DNA of 40,382 bases from the IMG/VR virus record IMGVR_UViG_3300020598_000104, positions 1 to 40,382 of that record. One strand, 5' to 3'. The translations under genes and the position numbers were made by a program. This DNA comes from a virus (taxonomy: Duplodnaviria > Caudoviricetes). This document shows positions 7,900 to 17,575 of this stretch, in pieces (positions within the stretch are counted from its first letter, which is position 1; the number at the start of each line of letters is the position of its first letter). Below the pieces are notes generated by a model that had not been told where the DNA came from, did not search any database, and saw only the letters and a list, made by a program, of their open reading frames with translations.

Positions 7900-7928
7900 C
7901 CCCTCCACCCCAGCAGAAAGGAACCAGC

Positions 7929-8231
7929 ATGCGTATGATCCGAAGTCTGATCTATGCCGGCCTCGCCCTTGTGGCCATGGCCTTCGCAATCTCGGCGCCC
8001 GCAGTGGCAGCAACCCCGACCGACCCCGGCATCTATCATTCGATCAAGACCAGCCTTGACGCGCCGGCCATTCTCCAGGTTCACGAGGACACCGTCGCTC
8101 TGACCTGCGAAGCCCCGGCCACCATCATCGGCGCCGCCGTGGGACGAAGTCCGTATCCGTCCGGCGCGCTGACCGTCGTCGATGCGCTCGGCACCCGCCT
8201 GCACTTCATCGAGGTGCGAAGTCGCTGCTGA
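7929..8231 (+). CDS. Hypothetical exported protein
   Basis: AAGGA RBS; signal peptide MRMIRSLIYAGLALVAMAFAISAPAVA. Confidence 0.65.
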   Translation: MRMIRSLIYAGLALVAMAFAISAPAVAATPTDPGIYHSIKTSLDAPAILQVHEDTVALTCEAPATIIGAAVGRSPYPSGALTVVDALGTRLHFIEVRSRC

Positions 8232-8251
8232 CGCCCCGCATACCCAAAACG

Positions 8252-8278
8252 AGAGCCGGGCTTAGGTCCGGCTTCTTA
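8252..8278. terminator. Probable bidirectional intrinsic terminator
   Basis: AGCCGG-GCTTAGGT-CCGGCT stem followed by TCTT, between convergent ORFs. Confidence 0.55.
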
Positions 8279-8413
8279 ACCTTCGCAGGCGTCACAAAGA
8301 GGAAAGTCTGGGCTTTTTCCATAAGTGCTGGTCGGATGCCCGCAGTGGGCGCAAGCCACAACCTCATCCTCTTTCTGTTCGACAAAGTCTTCTTCGTCTT
8401 CATGGTTAGCCAA
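8276..8413 (-). CDS. 45-aa acidic zinc-ribbon microprotein (MANHEDEEDFVEQKEDEVVACAHCGHPTSTYGKSPDFPLCDACEG)
   Basis: Not in ORF track. TAGGAGG RBS with TTG start; two CxxC motifs; ends at the terminator. Confidence 0.65.
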   Translation of the reverse strand: MANHEDEEDFVEQKEDEVVACAHCGHPTSTYGKSPDFPLCDACEG

Positions 8414-8618
8414 GGCAGCCTCCTAGAGTTCAGGTGCTGTGCAGATTGCAATGCCAGATCGGGGGAGTCGAGAGCGCTCCGGAAGCTTCTCTCTGTATCC
8501 TTAATCGAGGGTAGAGAAAGACGCGTCCGCTATCCATGATGACTGCAGGTTGAACCATCCATGGTAAGCGCGATCAATATGGTCTCTGATGCGGGGTTTA
8601 TACCTACCGGAGATTGAA

Positions 8619-9011
8619 ATGGCCCACATTTCGTCCATTCCGATGCCGACACAGGAGAATGCCATGAGCATGTACGACAGAATTCAGGACGGCCCGTATA
8701 CTGGCAAGGGCATCAGCGGCGGCGCGAGCCTCGGCATGGAAAGCGCCAAGATCGGCAAGCTGGAAAAGCGCTCTGCTCTCAGCGAGAACGCTGACACCTT
8801 GTCCGATGCGCGCCGTCTCGCCTGCCGCGTTCAACACCTTGTCGACCGCTTCTGCGGCCGTATTCCTACCCCTGAGGTGAGCGCCGAGGACAATTCCACC
8901 ATGGCGATTTCTCCTATCCTCGATGACCTCCGCGAGGACGCAGCGCGCACGGGATACGAAGTCCGGCGCGCCATGGAACGTCTCGACCACCTCGAGGCGC
9001 AGCTTCCGTAA
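8619..9011 (+). CDS. Hypothetical phage protein (alternative start 8664)
   Basis: GGAG/AGGAG RBS before ATG 8619 and ATG 8664; phage-like codon usage. Confidence 0.65.
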   Translation: MAHISSIPMPTQENAMSMYDRIQDGPYTGKGISGGASLGMESAKIGKLEKRSALSENADTLSDARRLACRVQHLVDRFCGRIPTPEVSAEDNSTMAISPILDDLREDAARTGYEVRRAMERLDHLEAQLP

Positions 9012-9178
9012 TCCCGCAATGTCTTGGAGCGGGCAGTCTCAGCTTCGTCAGCCGGCGCGAGGAACAAGGCTTTCACTCTTGCCTGTAGAAGGCGCGGCGA
9101 CCGCTCCGGGGTTTCTCAGCCCTGCATATGCGCCGTGAAGTGGGCAAGCCGGCAATCACATGAAGGCGTCGAAACCTT

Positions 9179-9763
9179 ATGACATCAACCGAAGAATGGG
9201 AAAGCGAACTGACCGCGAAGCAGCGGGCCTTTGTTCGTGAATACCTGATTGACCTCAATGCCAGCCAGGCCGCCCTCAGAGCAGGCTACAGCGAAAAGTC
9301 GGCGCACGTCGAAGGCACGAGGTTGCTAAAAAATGCTAAAGTGGCAGCCGCCGTTTCCGCAGCCATGGATTTGCGGGCAAAGCGCACAGAGGTCACGGCC
9401 GACAGGGTGTTGAAGGAACTGGCGAAGATCGGTTTCTCTGATATCCGCAAGGCTGTGAAGTGGCAGACGAGCTTGATCACGGAAGAGGACAATCCCGACG
9501 GTGGCGACGTTGCGGTGGTCAAGAACATCGTCACGAACAACGTGCAGCTCGTCGCCAGCGAAGACATCGATGACGACACTGCGGCGGCCATCGCCGAGAT
9601 CAGCCAGAACGCGCAGGGCGGCTTGAAGATCAAGCTGCACGACAAGCGGGCCGCCCTCGTCGACATGGGTAAGCACCTCGGCATGTTCACGGAGAAGGTC
9701 GAGCACTCTGGAGAGGTCGCCGTGACGTTCAACACGATCTACGAGACGAAGCCGCCGAAGTGA
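9179..9763 (+). CDS. terS: Terminase small subunit
   Basis: LTAKQRAFVREYLIDLNASQAALRAGYSEKSA..G.RLL Terminase_2 motif; KLHDKRAALVDMGKHLGMF. Confidence 0.95.
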   Translation: MTSTEEWESELTAKQRAFVREYLIDLNASQAALRAGYSEKSAHVEGTRLLKNAKVAAAVSAAMDLRAKRTEVTADRVLKELAKIGFSDIRKAVKWQTSLITEEDNPDGGDVAVVKNIVTNNVQLVASEDIDDDTAAAIAEISQNAQGGLKIKLHDKRAALVDMGKHLGMFTEKVEHSGEVAVTFNTIYETKPPK

Positions 9764-11181
9764 GCGTCTACGACTTCCGCGTCCGCTGGTATCAGCAGGC
9801 GTTCCACAAGGCGCTTGTCGGAGGACAGAAGAAGCGCCTGATCGAAATTGCGCACCGCCGCTGGGGAAAGGACGAGATCGTCCTGCACGGCTTCCGGGAG
9901 CTTTCCAGGCGGCGTGTCGGAACCTACTGGCATTGCTTCCCCGAGTATGCCCAGGCGCGCAAGGCGATCTGGAACGGGATCAACGGCCATACGGGCAAGC
10001 GGCGCATTGATGAGGCATTCCCGCCCGAGATCCGGAAGCGGATCAACGACAACGACATGTTCATTGAGACCATCTGGGGCTCGACATGGCAACTGCTTGG
10101 GTCGGATCGATATGACGCGACGGTGGGTTCAGGTCCGGTTGGCATAGCTTATTCGGAATGGGCGCTGTGTAACCCGGCGGCGTGGGCTTACCACAAGCCG
10201 ATGATCGAGGAATCGGAGGGTGTCGCGGCGTTCATCACGACGCCTCGCGGCGGGAACCACGCCAAGACCATGTATGATCGTGCGAAGGGGAACGATCACT
10301 GGTTCGCGGAACTGTCCAGCGTCAAGGACACGGAAGCCCTCAGCGCCGCGCAACTGGCGGAGAGCCTAGCAGAGTACCAGGACCTTTACGGTATAGATCT
10401 CGGCCTCGCGATGTTCGAGCAGGAATATTACTGCTCCTTCGCCGGCGCGACGGTCGGTGCATATTGGGGCGCGGAATTGGCAGCTGCAGAGCGGGAGAAC
10501 CGCATCTGCTATGTGCCGATAGACGAGAAGTACCCGGTCCACACGGTTTGGGACCTTGGAAAGGCCATCAACAATCCGATCTTCTGCTTCCAAGTCATAC
10601 CCGGTGAACCGGGACCGCGCATTGTCGACTTCTACCGGCCGACCACGGAAGACCTTGAGGAATGGTGTCTCTGGCTGAATGACAAGGGATACAGCGGGAA
10701 CGATTACGTTCCGCATGACGTGCTTCAGCCTGTCTGGGGCACCAAGCGGACGCGCTTCGATATCCTGAAGGGCGCGGGCCGGAAACCGCGCCTGGTAACA
10801 GGAGGCAAGGCCGTAAGTGTTGCCGAAGGTCTGAACGCCGGCCGTGAAACGATCAAGGTCGCGAAATTCCATAAGGGGACGGATGAGCGCGGCGAGCGGA
10901 TGGAGATTGGTATCTCCGGCCTCAAGAATTACCGCCGTGAATGGGACGAGGACCTGAAGACCTTCCGTCAGAACCCGGTAAAGGATTGGGCCGAGCACAT
11001 CGGCTCGACGTTCCGTTATCTCGGTCTCGCATGGAAGGAGGAGAAGGCAGACGCGCCGCCTCCGCCGCCGAAGAATGCGGGGCCCGTATATGAGGCGCGG
11101 CCCGACGGAACGGTCGTTAGCAGCATGACGGTTCAAGAGCAGATCAATGACTTCCTCCGCCGGCAGAAGGCGAAGAGGTAG
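9760..11181 (+). CDS. terL: Terminase large subunit
   Basis: Walker A HRRWGKD, Walker B-like IAYSEW, motif III ITTPRG, FEQEYYCSF, nuclease WDLG. Confidence 0.95.
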   Translation: MSVYDFRVRWYQQAFHKALVGGQKKRLIEIAHRRWGKDEIVLHGFRELSRRRVGTYWHCFPEYAQARKAIWNGINGHTGKRRIDEAFPPEIRKRINDNDMFIETIWGSTWQLLGSDRYDATVGSGPVGIAYSEWALCNPAAWAYHKPMIEESEGVAAFITTPRGGNHAKTMYDRAKGNDHWFAELSSVKDTEALSAAQLAESLAEYQDLYGIDLGLAMFEQEYYCSFAGATVGAYWGAELAAAERENRICYVPIDEKYPVHTVWDLGKAINNPIFCFQVIPGEPGPRIVDFYRPTTEDLEEWCLWLNDKGYSGNDYVPHDVLQPVWGTKRTRFDILKGAGRKPRLVTGGKAVSVAEGLNAGRETIKVAKFHKGTDERGERMEIGISGLKNYRREWDEDLKTFRQNPVKDWAEHIGSTFRYLGLAWKEEKADAPPPPPKNAGPVYEARPDGTVVSSMTVQEQINDFLRRQKAKR

Positions 11182-11189
11182 GAGAATTC

Positions 11190-13379
11190 ATGGCCGCCAA
11201 GAAGACAAATGGCTACCTCGACAAGGGGCGCCAGCCGGATCGCAAGCGCCGCGAGCTCGGGCAGGCCTGGCTGACGAAGATCGCTGCCGCCGAGAAGCTG
11301 GAGAAGGAATGGCTCGACGATGCCGCCAAGGCAGAACGGGCGTTCACGAACGAGGAAAAGGCGGAGAACGGCGAAACGGCGCTCGGCAGCAGGTACGATT
11401 TCAATATTCTTTTCGCCAATGTCGAGACCATCGTCCCGGCCGTGATCAACTCGCCGCCGGTGCCGGACATTCGTCGCCGCTTCAATGATCCCGATCCGGC
11501 CGCGCGCGTCGTCGCCGACATCATCGAGCGGGCAATCTCGGTACAGATAGATGACAGCCGCCTGCAGGTTGAGCTTGAGGGCGCCGCGCAGGATGCATTC
11601 CTTGCCGGCCGCGGTATCGTCCGCATCAAGTTCCATGGCGACGTCGTGGGCGGTGAGCCGACCAAGGAGGACATCGTCGATGCTGCACGCGAGGATGGGG
11701 AGCAGGAGAACGGCGAAGGCGGGGAAATGCCTGATGCTGGCGATGAGCCGAGCGAGGGCACCGTTCAGGATGCGCTGGAAAGCGTTGAGGCAGGCCCTGG
11801 TGCCGGAATAGGCGACAACGGCGGCCCGCCGCTGGAACGTCTCGAAAACGAGCGCATCACGTTCGAGGTCGTAAGCTGGAAGGATTATCGCCATGGGCCC
11901 GCCAAGCGTTGGCAGGATCGCCCGTGGGATGCGTTCCGCTTCGTCGTCGCGAAGGAGGACGAGGAGGAATCGTTTAACGCGGAGCTGATCCGCAGCCAGT
12001 TCGACGACAAGGAAATCGACGAGTGGGGCAAAGGCTCCGACGCGATCTGCGGATGGGAAATCTGGGACAAGAAGTCCCGGAAGGTGCTGTTTGTCAGCGA
12101 GAACGGCATCATCTTGAAGGAGGTGGACGATCCGCTCGGGCTTTCGGGCTTCTTCCCGATCCCGACGCCGATGCAGCCCATTGAGGTCACGGGCCGGCTG
12201 AAGCCGGTCAACCCGTTTTCGATCTACCGCAAGCTTGCCGACCAGCTCGACACGATTACGAAGCGCATCGACGTCCTGACGAAGGCAATGAAGGTACGCG
12301 GATGGTATGCCGGGGACGCCAAGAACCTCGACGCAATCCTTCAACTCGACGACAACGAATTCGCGCCGATCCAGAACGGTGAGCTATTCGCGAACAGCCA
12401 GGGCGGCTTGGCAAATGCCGTCGTGTTCTGGCCGGCTGACAAGTTCATCACTGTTCTGCGAGAGCTTTACGCTGACCGGGACCAGACGAAGCAGGCGATT
12501 TACGAAATCACGGGTATCAGCGACATCGTGCGCGGCGCCTCGGTGGCGAGCGAGACAGCAACGGCACAAAACATCAAGAGCCAGTGGGGCTCGCTGCGTA
12601 TCCAGAAGATGCAGCGGATGATGGAGCGGTGCGCCCGCGATCTGTTCGTCATGATGAGCGAGATCATCCCGTCCCGGTTCACGTTCCGCACGCTGGAGGA
12701 GATTACCAGCATCCCGATCCGGTTCGCTCCGGGTGATGACCCGGAGCAGATGCAGGCGAAAATGAATGTCATGGCGCTCCTGAAGCGGAAGCTCGCGACC
12801 TATTACCGCGTAGATGTCGAGAGCGATTCCACGATCCGTGCCGACCTGACCCGCCAGAAGGCCGAGGTCTCGCAGTTCCTCCAAGGGGCATCGGCCTACT
12901 TCGCTGCGGTTGCGCCGCTCGTGCAGCAGGGCGCGCTGCCGGCCGACGCTGCCGTCGAGATCTTCGCCGCCACCTCTCGGATGTTCAACCTCGGCAAGTC
13001 CGTCGAGGACACGCTGGAGAAGATGGTCCAGGAAGCCAAGGCAAAGGCAGACGCGGCCCGCAAGGCACAGGAGCAGGGCCAGAACGGGCAGGGACCGTCT
13101 CCCGAGCAGATCGAAGCCCAGATCAAGACCGAGCAGGCCAAGGCTGAAGAGGGGCGCCGCCAAGCTGAGTTCCAGGCGAAGATGCAGCGCGGCATGCAGG
13201 AGGCCGGAATTGCGACCGCGAAGGGCCAGCGCGAATTGGCGATTGCCACGCTGAACGAGGAACTGAAGCGCCTCGAAGTGCAGGCCAAGAGCATCGACAT
13301 CCAGATGAAGCAAATCGAGCTTGCCAATAAGGCGATCCAGCCCGCCGGCGGCCCCGTCACCATGGAGAGGGCACAATGA
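11190..13379 (+). CDS. Portal protein (P22-like, long C-terminal helical barrel)
   Basis: 729 aa directly after terL; IYEITGISDIVRG..ETATAQ motif; Q-rich coiled-coil C-terminus. Confidence 0.9.
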   Translation: MAAKKTNGYLDKGRQPDRKRRELGQAWLTKIAAAEKLEKEWLDDAAKAERAFTNEEKAENGETALGSRYDFNILFANVETIVPAVINSPPVPDIRRRFNDPDPAARVVADIIERAISVQIDDSRLQVELEGAAQDAFLAGRGIVRIKFHGDVVGGEPTKEDIVDAAREDGEQENGEGGEMPDAGDEPSEGTVQDALESVEAGPGAGIGDNGGPPLERLENERITFEVVSWKDYRHGPAKRWQDRPWDAFRFVVAKEDEEESFNAELIRSQFDDKEIDEWGKGSDAICGWEIWDKKSRKVLFVSENGIILKEVDDPLGLSGFFPIPTPMQPIEVTGRLKPVNPFSIYRKLADQLDTITKRIDVLTKAMKVRGWYAGDAKNLDAILQLDDNEFAPIQNGELFANSQGGLANAVVFWPADKFITVLRELYADRDQTKQAIYEITGISDIVRGASVASETATAQNIKSQWGSLRIQKMQRMMERCARDLFVMMSEIIPSRFTFRTLEEITSIPIRFAPGDDPEQMQAKMNVMALLKRKLATYYRVDVESDSTIRADLTRQKAEVSQFLQGASAYFAAVAPLVQQGALPADAAVEIFAATSRMFNLGKSVEDTLEKMVQEAKAKADAARKAQEQGQNGQGPSPEQIEAQIKTEQAKAEEGRRQAEFQAKMQRGMQEAGIATAKGQRELAIATLNEELKRLEVQAKSIDIQMKQIELANKAIQPAGGPVTMERAQ

Positions 13380-13597
13380 CCGTCACCCCCAACGGCGATA
13401 CAGTGAACTACGATCAGGGCCCGGTGAGGCGCACCGCCGAAATGGTTGTCGCTGTCGGCGCCGACGGTTCCACCTTTACCGACCTGGCCTCCCGCATCGG
13501 CAACACCGATGACGCGGCATGGAATGGCAGCGATGCCGATGCGACGGTGATCAGCCTCCTGAAGGCCATCGCGCTCAACACCACGCCGGCGCCGTAA
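13376..13597 (+). CDS. Small hypothetical head-region protein
   Basis: GGAGAGG RBS; ATGA overlap with portal. Confidence 0.65.
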   Translation: MTVTPNGDTVNYDQGPVRRTAEMVVAVGADGSTFTDLASRIGNTDDAAWNGSDADATVISLLKAIALNTTPAP

Positions 13598-13601
13598 CGC
13601 C

Positions 13602-13898
13602 ATGGCCCGGTATGTGAAACGAAACGGTCAGTGGGTGAGCCTGACCACTGGTGAGACCCTGCTGACCGAAGAGCAGCGCCTCCAGCCGATAGCCTGCCCG
13701 ACGATCCTGTCGGACATCGAGCCCTACAGGAGCCCTGTCGACGGCCGCGTCGTCGGCTCTCGCTCGGCGCGCCGTGATGACCTGAAGCGTAACGGCTGCG
13801 TCGAATACGAACCCTCCATGTCCCCCACGAAGGGGAAGATCAAGAACAAGGCTTTCGCGGCGAAGCGGGGCCTGCAGGTGAGCGAGGAATTCCGATGA
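13602..13898 (+). CDS. Head-region hypothetical protein
   Basis: IEPYRSPVDGRVVGSRSARRDDLKRNGC motif; lies between portal and scaffold. Confidence 0.75.
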   Translation: MARYVKRNGQWVSLTTGETLLTEEQRLQPIACPTILSDIEPYRSPVDGRVVGSRSARRDDLKRNGCVEYEPSMSPTKGKIKNKAFAAKRGLQVSEEFR

Positions 13899-14128
13899 AC
13901 GTCGTCTATGCCATCTCCTCGGCGCTCTTCGCGGCCATCTTCCTCGTCGGCATCATGGTTTTCGGCGGCGAATGGTCCCGCAACATCGCCATCGCTGCCG
14001 CCTTCCTCGCTTGCGCCTCGCAGTTCATGGCCCAGGACCCCGCATCCTACAAGGCCTCGATCTACAGCGCCCATGCGGCGTTCGTCGCGGCTCTGCTCGC
14101 GTACCTTTGGCTGCTTTTCGGCCACTGA
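13895..14128 (+). CDS. Small three-TM membrane protein
   Basis: GAGGA RBS, ATGA overlap, three hydrophobic segments. Confidence 0.65.
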   Translation: MNVVYAISSALFAAIFLVGIMVFGGEWSRNIAIAAAFLACASQFMAQDPASYKASIYSAHAAFVAALLAYLWLLFGH

Positions 14129-14159
14129 TCCCACCTTCCACAACAGATAGGACATTCGC

Positions 14160-15254
14160 ATGAGCGTCGAAGCCCTCAATGCGTCGTTGAACTCGTCAAC
14201 GGCGGTCGACCCCGGCATGATCAACACGGATGTGAGCGAAGACGATGCCCTCGGCGCGGTTTTCGACCAGATTTCCCGCGATAACGGCGCGGCCCGTGGC
14301 GATGACGGTCGGTTCACCCCGTCTCAGCCGAAGGAAGGCGCTGCCGATGCCGGCAAAGCCGATGAGGAACCACTGGAAGGTGGTGAGGGAGAGGCTGCAA
14401 AGGCGGGTGATACTTCGACGCCGTCCGCTGATGTGCCTCTCCCGTCTAATTGGCGTGGCAAGGAAGACCTATGGGCCAAGGTTCCGGCCGAACTGAAGAC
14501 GGACCTTCGCGCTCACCAGGAGGAACTGCACAAGCGTCTGTCGGAGCAGGGGCAGGCCCTTTCCGCCTACAAGCCGCTCTCCGACGTGTTCGGCGAGTTC
14601 AAGGAATACTTCGGCGGCGAGCGGGGGAACTACCGGCCCGACGAGGCGGTGCGCTTCCTGTTCGGCCTTCAGCGCGGCATGGATGAAAACCCGCTCGAAA
14701 CCCTGCTTTCCATCGCGGACACCTATGAGCTGCGCCCGAAGCTTGCCGAGATGTTCGGCGCGGCCGGCGGCGAAGACGGGCAGGGCGGGAACGCTGTCCT
14801 CCTGGCGCGCATCGCGCAGCTCGAAAACACGATCAAAGCCGCTGGCGATCCTTCGAAGATCGACGAGCGGATTTCACAGAGATTGGATGAAAGTCGCCGG
14901 AACGGGGAAGTGGAATCGGTCGTGAGCCGCGTGTCCAAGGACATGCCGCTTTACGACCAGATCCCCGAGCCCGATCTGGTGAGCTTCATCCACATGGCGA
15001 AGCAGAAGCTTGGCAGTTCCGCCTCCCACGAGGCCGTCCTGAAGCGCGCTTACGACATGGCGATCAACGCAGACCCCGACCTGAGGGCGAAGGCTGCCGC
15101 GCTGCAAGGCGCCGCAGGCGACGATGCCGAACGGGTCGCGGCGGCGAAGAGAGCGAACGCAACCAACCTCCGTTCAACATCGACTGGCAAGACCCGCGAC
15201 CTCACAGAAGAGGAAGAGCTGGGTGCCATCTTCGATAAACACAAAGGGAAATAA
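14160..15254 (+). CDS. Capsid scaffolding protein
   Basis: Acidic disordered N-term with RGDDGRF, PSNW..W motif, helical body; lies immediately before the capsid gene. Confidence 0.8.
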   Translation: MSVEALNASLNSSTAVDPGMINTDVSEDDALGAVFDQISRDNGAARGDDGRFTPSQPKEGAADAGKADEEPLEGGEGEAAKAGDTSTPSADVPLPSNWRGKEDLWAKVPAELKTDLRAHQEELHKRLSEQGQALSAYKPLSDVFGEFKEYFGGERGNYRPDEAVRFLFGLQRGMDENPLETLLSIADTYELRPKLAEMFGAAGGEDGQGGNAVLLARIAQLENTIKAAGDPSKIDERISQRLDESRRNGEVESVVSRVSKDMPLYDQIPEPDLVSFIHMAKQKLGSSASHEAVLKRAYDMAINADPDLRAKAAALQGAAGDDAERVAAAKRANATNLRSTSTGKTRDLTEEEELGAIFDKHKGK

Positions 15255-15256
15255 CG

Positions 15257-16219
15257 ATGGCAGGTCCATCCGCAATTTTCACGGAAATGGTGTCGACGAC
15301 CCTTCGCAACAGCCCGAAGGAAGTCGCCGACAACGTTTCCAAGCACAACGCTCTTCTGAACATCCTGAAGAAGAAGGGGCGCATCATCAACCTCGACGGC
15401 GGCTCTGAAATCCAGATTCCGCTCGAATACGGCGAAGCCAACTATCAGCGCTATGCCGGCTTCGACACGTTGAACGTCAACCCGACGGACATCGTGACGT
15501 CTGCGAAATATGACTGGGCACAGGTCGCCCTTCATGTCGTTGCATCCGGCAAGGAGCTTCTCCAGAATTCTGGCCGCTTCGCAATGATCAACCTCGTCAA
15601 GACGAAGAAGGCGAACGTTCTGAAGAGCGCGGCCAACAACTTCTCGGTCGACGTCTATTCGGACGGGTCGCTCGCCAACCAGATCGGCGGCCTGGCCCAG
15701 ATCATCCAGACGAACGGGCAGGGCACCGTCGGCGGCATTCCCTCGGCGACTTGGGCATTCTGGCGAAACAAGTTCCTCGAAATCTCGGGGAGCGGGGCTT
15801 ACACCAAGGACACGATGAAGGGCGAGTTCAACAAGCTCTGGCTTCCTCTGAACCGCGGTGCCGACAAGCCGGACCTCATCGTGCTCAGCCATGACTTCTA
15901 CTCGGTCTATGAAGCCGGCGAGCAGCAGCTCCAGCGCTACATGGACGAGGACATGGCGAAAGCTGGTTTCGCCAACCTGAAGTACAAGTCGGCGACGGTC
16001 ATCTTCGACGACAATGCCAACTTCACCACGACGGCGGAGAAGGGCTACTTCCTCAACACCGACTATCTCTACGTCGCGCAGCACAAAGAAGCGCAGTGGA
16101 CTCAGGACGACGAGAAGAAGCCGCTCAATCAGGATGCCGTCGTCATCCCCTACTACTGGATGGGTAATGTGGTTTGCTCGAACCGCTCTCTCCAGGGCGT
16201 CATCATCGACGCGGCATAA
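15257..16219 (+). CDS. Major capsid protein
   Basis: 320 aa; TTLRN..VADNVSKHNALL..LKKKG; YSDG..QIGGL; YFLNTDYL; position after scaffold. Confidence 0.9.
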   Translation: MAGPSAIFTEMVSTTLRNSPKEVADNVSKHNALLNILKKKGRIINLDGGSEIQIPLEYGEANYQRYAGFDTLNVNPTDIVTSAKYDWAQVALHVVASGKELLQNSGRFAMINLVKTKKANVLKSAANNFSVDVYSDGSLANQIGGLAQIIQTNGQGTVGGIPSATWAFWRNKFLEISGSGAYTKDTMKGEFNKLWLPLNRGADKPDLIVLSHDFYSVYEAGEQQLQRYMDEDMAKAGFANLKYKSATVIFDDNANFTTTAEKGYFLNTDYLYVAQHKEAQWTQDDEKKPLNQDAVVIPYYWMGNVVCSNRSLQGVIIDAA

Positions 16220-16231
16220 GGAGGCAAAGCA

Positions 16232-16723
16232 ATGGTCGCATTTACTGGCGCAATCCTCACGCAGACCTACACGGCCGAAGACCTTGTCGGAGTGAACTCC
16301 GGCAAGGCCCCCGGCATCGGCGACCGCTTCGTGTCGCACGACAACAAGAGCTACCGCTTCGTGCGGTATCTCGAAGGCGCAGGCGAAGTCGCTGCGGTGG
16401 CCGGCAATGTCGTCTACCTCTACGCACCGAGCGGCGCATCCACGGGCGTGGTTACCGACGTCACGTCGGACCTGTCGGACAGTGCGGAGATCACGGCCGG
16501 CGTTCTCTGCGCCGCCCCGGCCAGCGGAGAGTATTGCTGGATCCAGACGCGCGGCGTGGCAACGCTGACGACCGCGCTGACGGCCGGTGCCGATGGTGAT
16601 CCGCTGACGGCCACCGGCGCCACGGACGGCACGCTTGACGTCGTGGCGGCCGTGACTGATCCGGTGGCCGGCTATGCGGTCGACGCTTCAGCGAAGATCG
16701 TTTTCCTCACGTGCCCGGACTGA
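16232..16723 (+). CDS. Capsid decoration/cement protein
   Basis: AAGGAGG RBS; A/G/T-rich with YCWIQTRG; follows capsid gene and precedes a terminator. Confidence 0.65.
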   Translation: MVAFTGAILTQTYTAEDLVGVNSGKAPGIGDRFVSHDNKSYRFVRYLEGAGEVAAVAGNVVYLYAPSGASTGVVTDVTSDLSDSAEITAGVLCAAPASGEYCWIQTRGVATLTTALTAGADGDPLTATGATDGTLDVVAAVTDPVAGYAVDASAKIVFLTCPD

Positions 16724-16750
16724 TCCTTTCGGAGAGGTCCATACAAATAC

Positions 16751-16780
16751 AAGAGGCGGCTTTCGGGCCGCCTCTTTCTT
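16751..16780 (+). terminator. Intrinsic terminator after capsid genes
   Basis: AAGAGGCGGC-TTTCGG-GCCGCCTCTT followed by TCTT. Confidence 0.8.
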
Positions 16781-16810
16781 ACCCACCTTCCAAACAAGCG
16801 AGAAATTACC

Positions 16811-17575
16811 ATGGCTGACGGCGAAAAGCAGTTGGTCCGAGTTATCGGATTCCACCAGACGTATGAACGGCGCCCGATCAAGGGTGATCCCCTCAATGAC
16901 GAAGTAGATGATCGGGGCTTCAAACTCGATGCCAAAGGCAAGCGCGTTTTGGCAAACGTCGAAGAAGATTGGGTGACTTATTGCCCCTCTCACTCGCCGC
17001 TCGGGTCGAGCACAACTGAGAGAATCCGGCATATCCGGCCCGATGATGCCGAGATCAACCCGGAGATGGCCGAAAAGAATATGTTCATGGCTGCGAGATG
17101 GGCAGCCATCGAACCGGCATATCTCGCGTGGAAATCCGGTCACGAATTGCCTGTCGGCGGCACGCCGCTTTCTCAGTGGCCGGGCGTCTCCGCGGCGATG
17201 GCTGAAGAACTGAAGCGCTACAATGTTCGCACGGTTGAAGATGTCCGCGACCTCAGCGAAAGCATGCTGGAGCGTATCAGGCTACCGAATGTCCGCGGCC
17301 TCCGCGATCAGGCCAAAGCATTCATCGAGAACATGAAGGTCTCGGAAAATGCGTTGCGCGAAGTCGAACGCGACAACGAGATCGAAACGCTCAAGGCCGC
17401 GCTCGCCGAACAGAGGGAGCAGCTTAGCGCCGCAATGGCGCTGCTCGAAGAAAAGGCGAGCGGCGGGTCGAGTGAACTCGACGAACTGCGCAGGCAGCTC
17501 GACGAAAAGGGCGTGAAGTATCACCACAAGGCCGGCGTCGATACGCTCAAGGCCCTGCTGGCCGAGGCCGCCTGA
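16811..17575 (+). CDS. Head-tail region protein with HhH-like middle and HeH/LEM-like C-terminus
   Basis: PLSQWPGVSAAMAEELKRYNVRTVEDV; ELRRQLDEKGVKYHHKAGVDTLKALL. Confidence 0.65.
   Translation: MADGEKQLVRVIGFHQTYERRPIKGDPLNDEVDDRGFKLDAKGKRVLANVEEDWVTYCPSHSPLGSSTTERIRHIRPDDAEINPEMAEKNMFMAARWAAIEPAYLAWKSGHELPVGGTPLSQWPGVSAAMAEELKRYNVRTVEDVRDLSESMLERIRLPNVRGLRDQAKAFIENMKVSENALREVERDNEIETLKAALAEQREQLSAAMALLEEKASGGSSELDELRRQLDEKGVKYHHKAGVDTLKALLAEAA

Noticed and set aside
11133-16339. Long minus-strand ORFs (403, 330 and 429 aa), plus similar ones at 24608-25879, 27252-28154 and 35326-36195
   Set aside because: Antisense shadows of GC-rich genes, with no RBS or protein motifs.
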